A stretch of DNA of 64,000 nucleotides, taken from NCBI GenBank assembly GCA_030141605.1, contig JAQGDQ010000002.1, forward strand, positions 1,798,001-1,862,000, read 5' to 3'. Source of the stretch: Tubiluchus corallicola (taxonomy: Eukaryota > Animalia > Priapulida). The first letter of the stretch is position 1. Every line of letters begins with the position of its first letter. The notes beneath the pieces were generated by a model. The model had not been told where the DNA came from. It was given only the letters and a program-made list of their open reading frames with translations, and ran no database searches. Positions 63,401 to 64,000 of this stretch are shown here, in pieces. The translations under genes and the position numbers were made by a program.

Positions 63401-64000
63401 CAAGACTTGCCAATTTAAATGCTGTAGTTACTGAATAAATTCACTAATTCAGTTTTAAGCAGTAATATTAAGTGTTTGCTCCCGTTTTGCGCTGAATTCT
63501 TATTAGTCCGACTATTGAATGAACTTAATTAAGAAACATGGAAGCTGGCTTTCGGCATCGTTTTTGTGCCAGCTCACTGCTTTTAGATATTCTACTGCAT
63601 TCTTTATATGAATAACACCTGTCGCCTTCATCGAACGGCTACAGTCGCTTGTTACGTGTGTAATTTTACTAATTTGGCAGAGCTGACGAGGTGTGTAATA
63701 AAGGTGTGTAAAACAGTCACGCTTCCTGTTGGCACAGGTAAGTGCGCCGGCGGCCCGCCTATGGTTCAAAGTCTTCGAACTTTTCCAGTTTGCACTTAGC
63801 AAGTAAAACCTAACACTTCTCAGTCACATTTCATTAAAGACTTTGGACTCGGGGGTCAGAATACCTTCCTTAAAATGACATGTAGTCATATTATCTTTGC
63901 GCAAAGTGTTTATTTCACAGATTATTTTTCCTGCTATTTTGTAAGTAGTACTTTGTGTCCGCGTTCCACATGTTGGTGGATAATGACGGTTACCCTTGTC

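Overview
This is AT-rich, intron-containing invertebrate (metazoan) genomic DNA, not prokaryotic. Six host genes can be built by hand with canonical GT-AG junctions and consistent phases. (1) A 4-exon BTB-BACK protein has a jacalin-type lectin domain plus acidic tail where Kelch repeats would normally sit (10583-16396, +). (2) A 5-exon sigma-class GST (23347-29382, +). (3) An intronless DEG/ENaC channel (30434-31987, -). (4, 5) Two convergent 8-exon CRISP-type paralogues (signal + pro-region + CAP + hinge + ShKT-like domain; 33707-40192 + and 42498-49034 -). (6) A SOCS4/5-like gene with a single-exon CDS (53053-54360, +). Mobile DNA includes a Buster/SPIN-like hAT with an intact transposase ORF, an RTE LINE carrying a 1.25 kb inverted duplication of itself, a 5'-truncated R2-like element outside rDNA, several CR1/L2-type remnants, MITEs, and long microsatellites. 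The most interesting candidates are the BTB-BACK-jacalin putative glycan-binding CUL3 adaptor, the self-complementary RTE insertion, the non-rDNA R2-like copy, and the pro-domain-bearing CRISP pair beside a DEG/ENaC gene. All family assignments rest on motif recognition; no database search was run.
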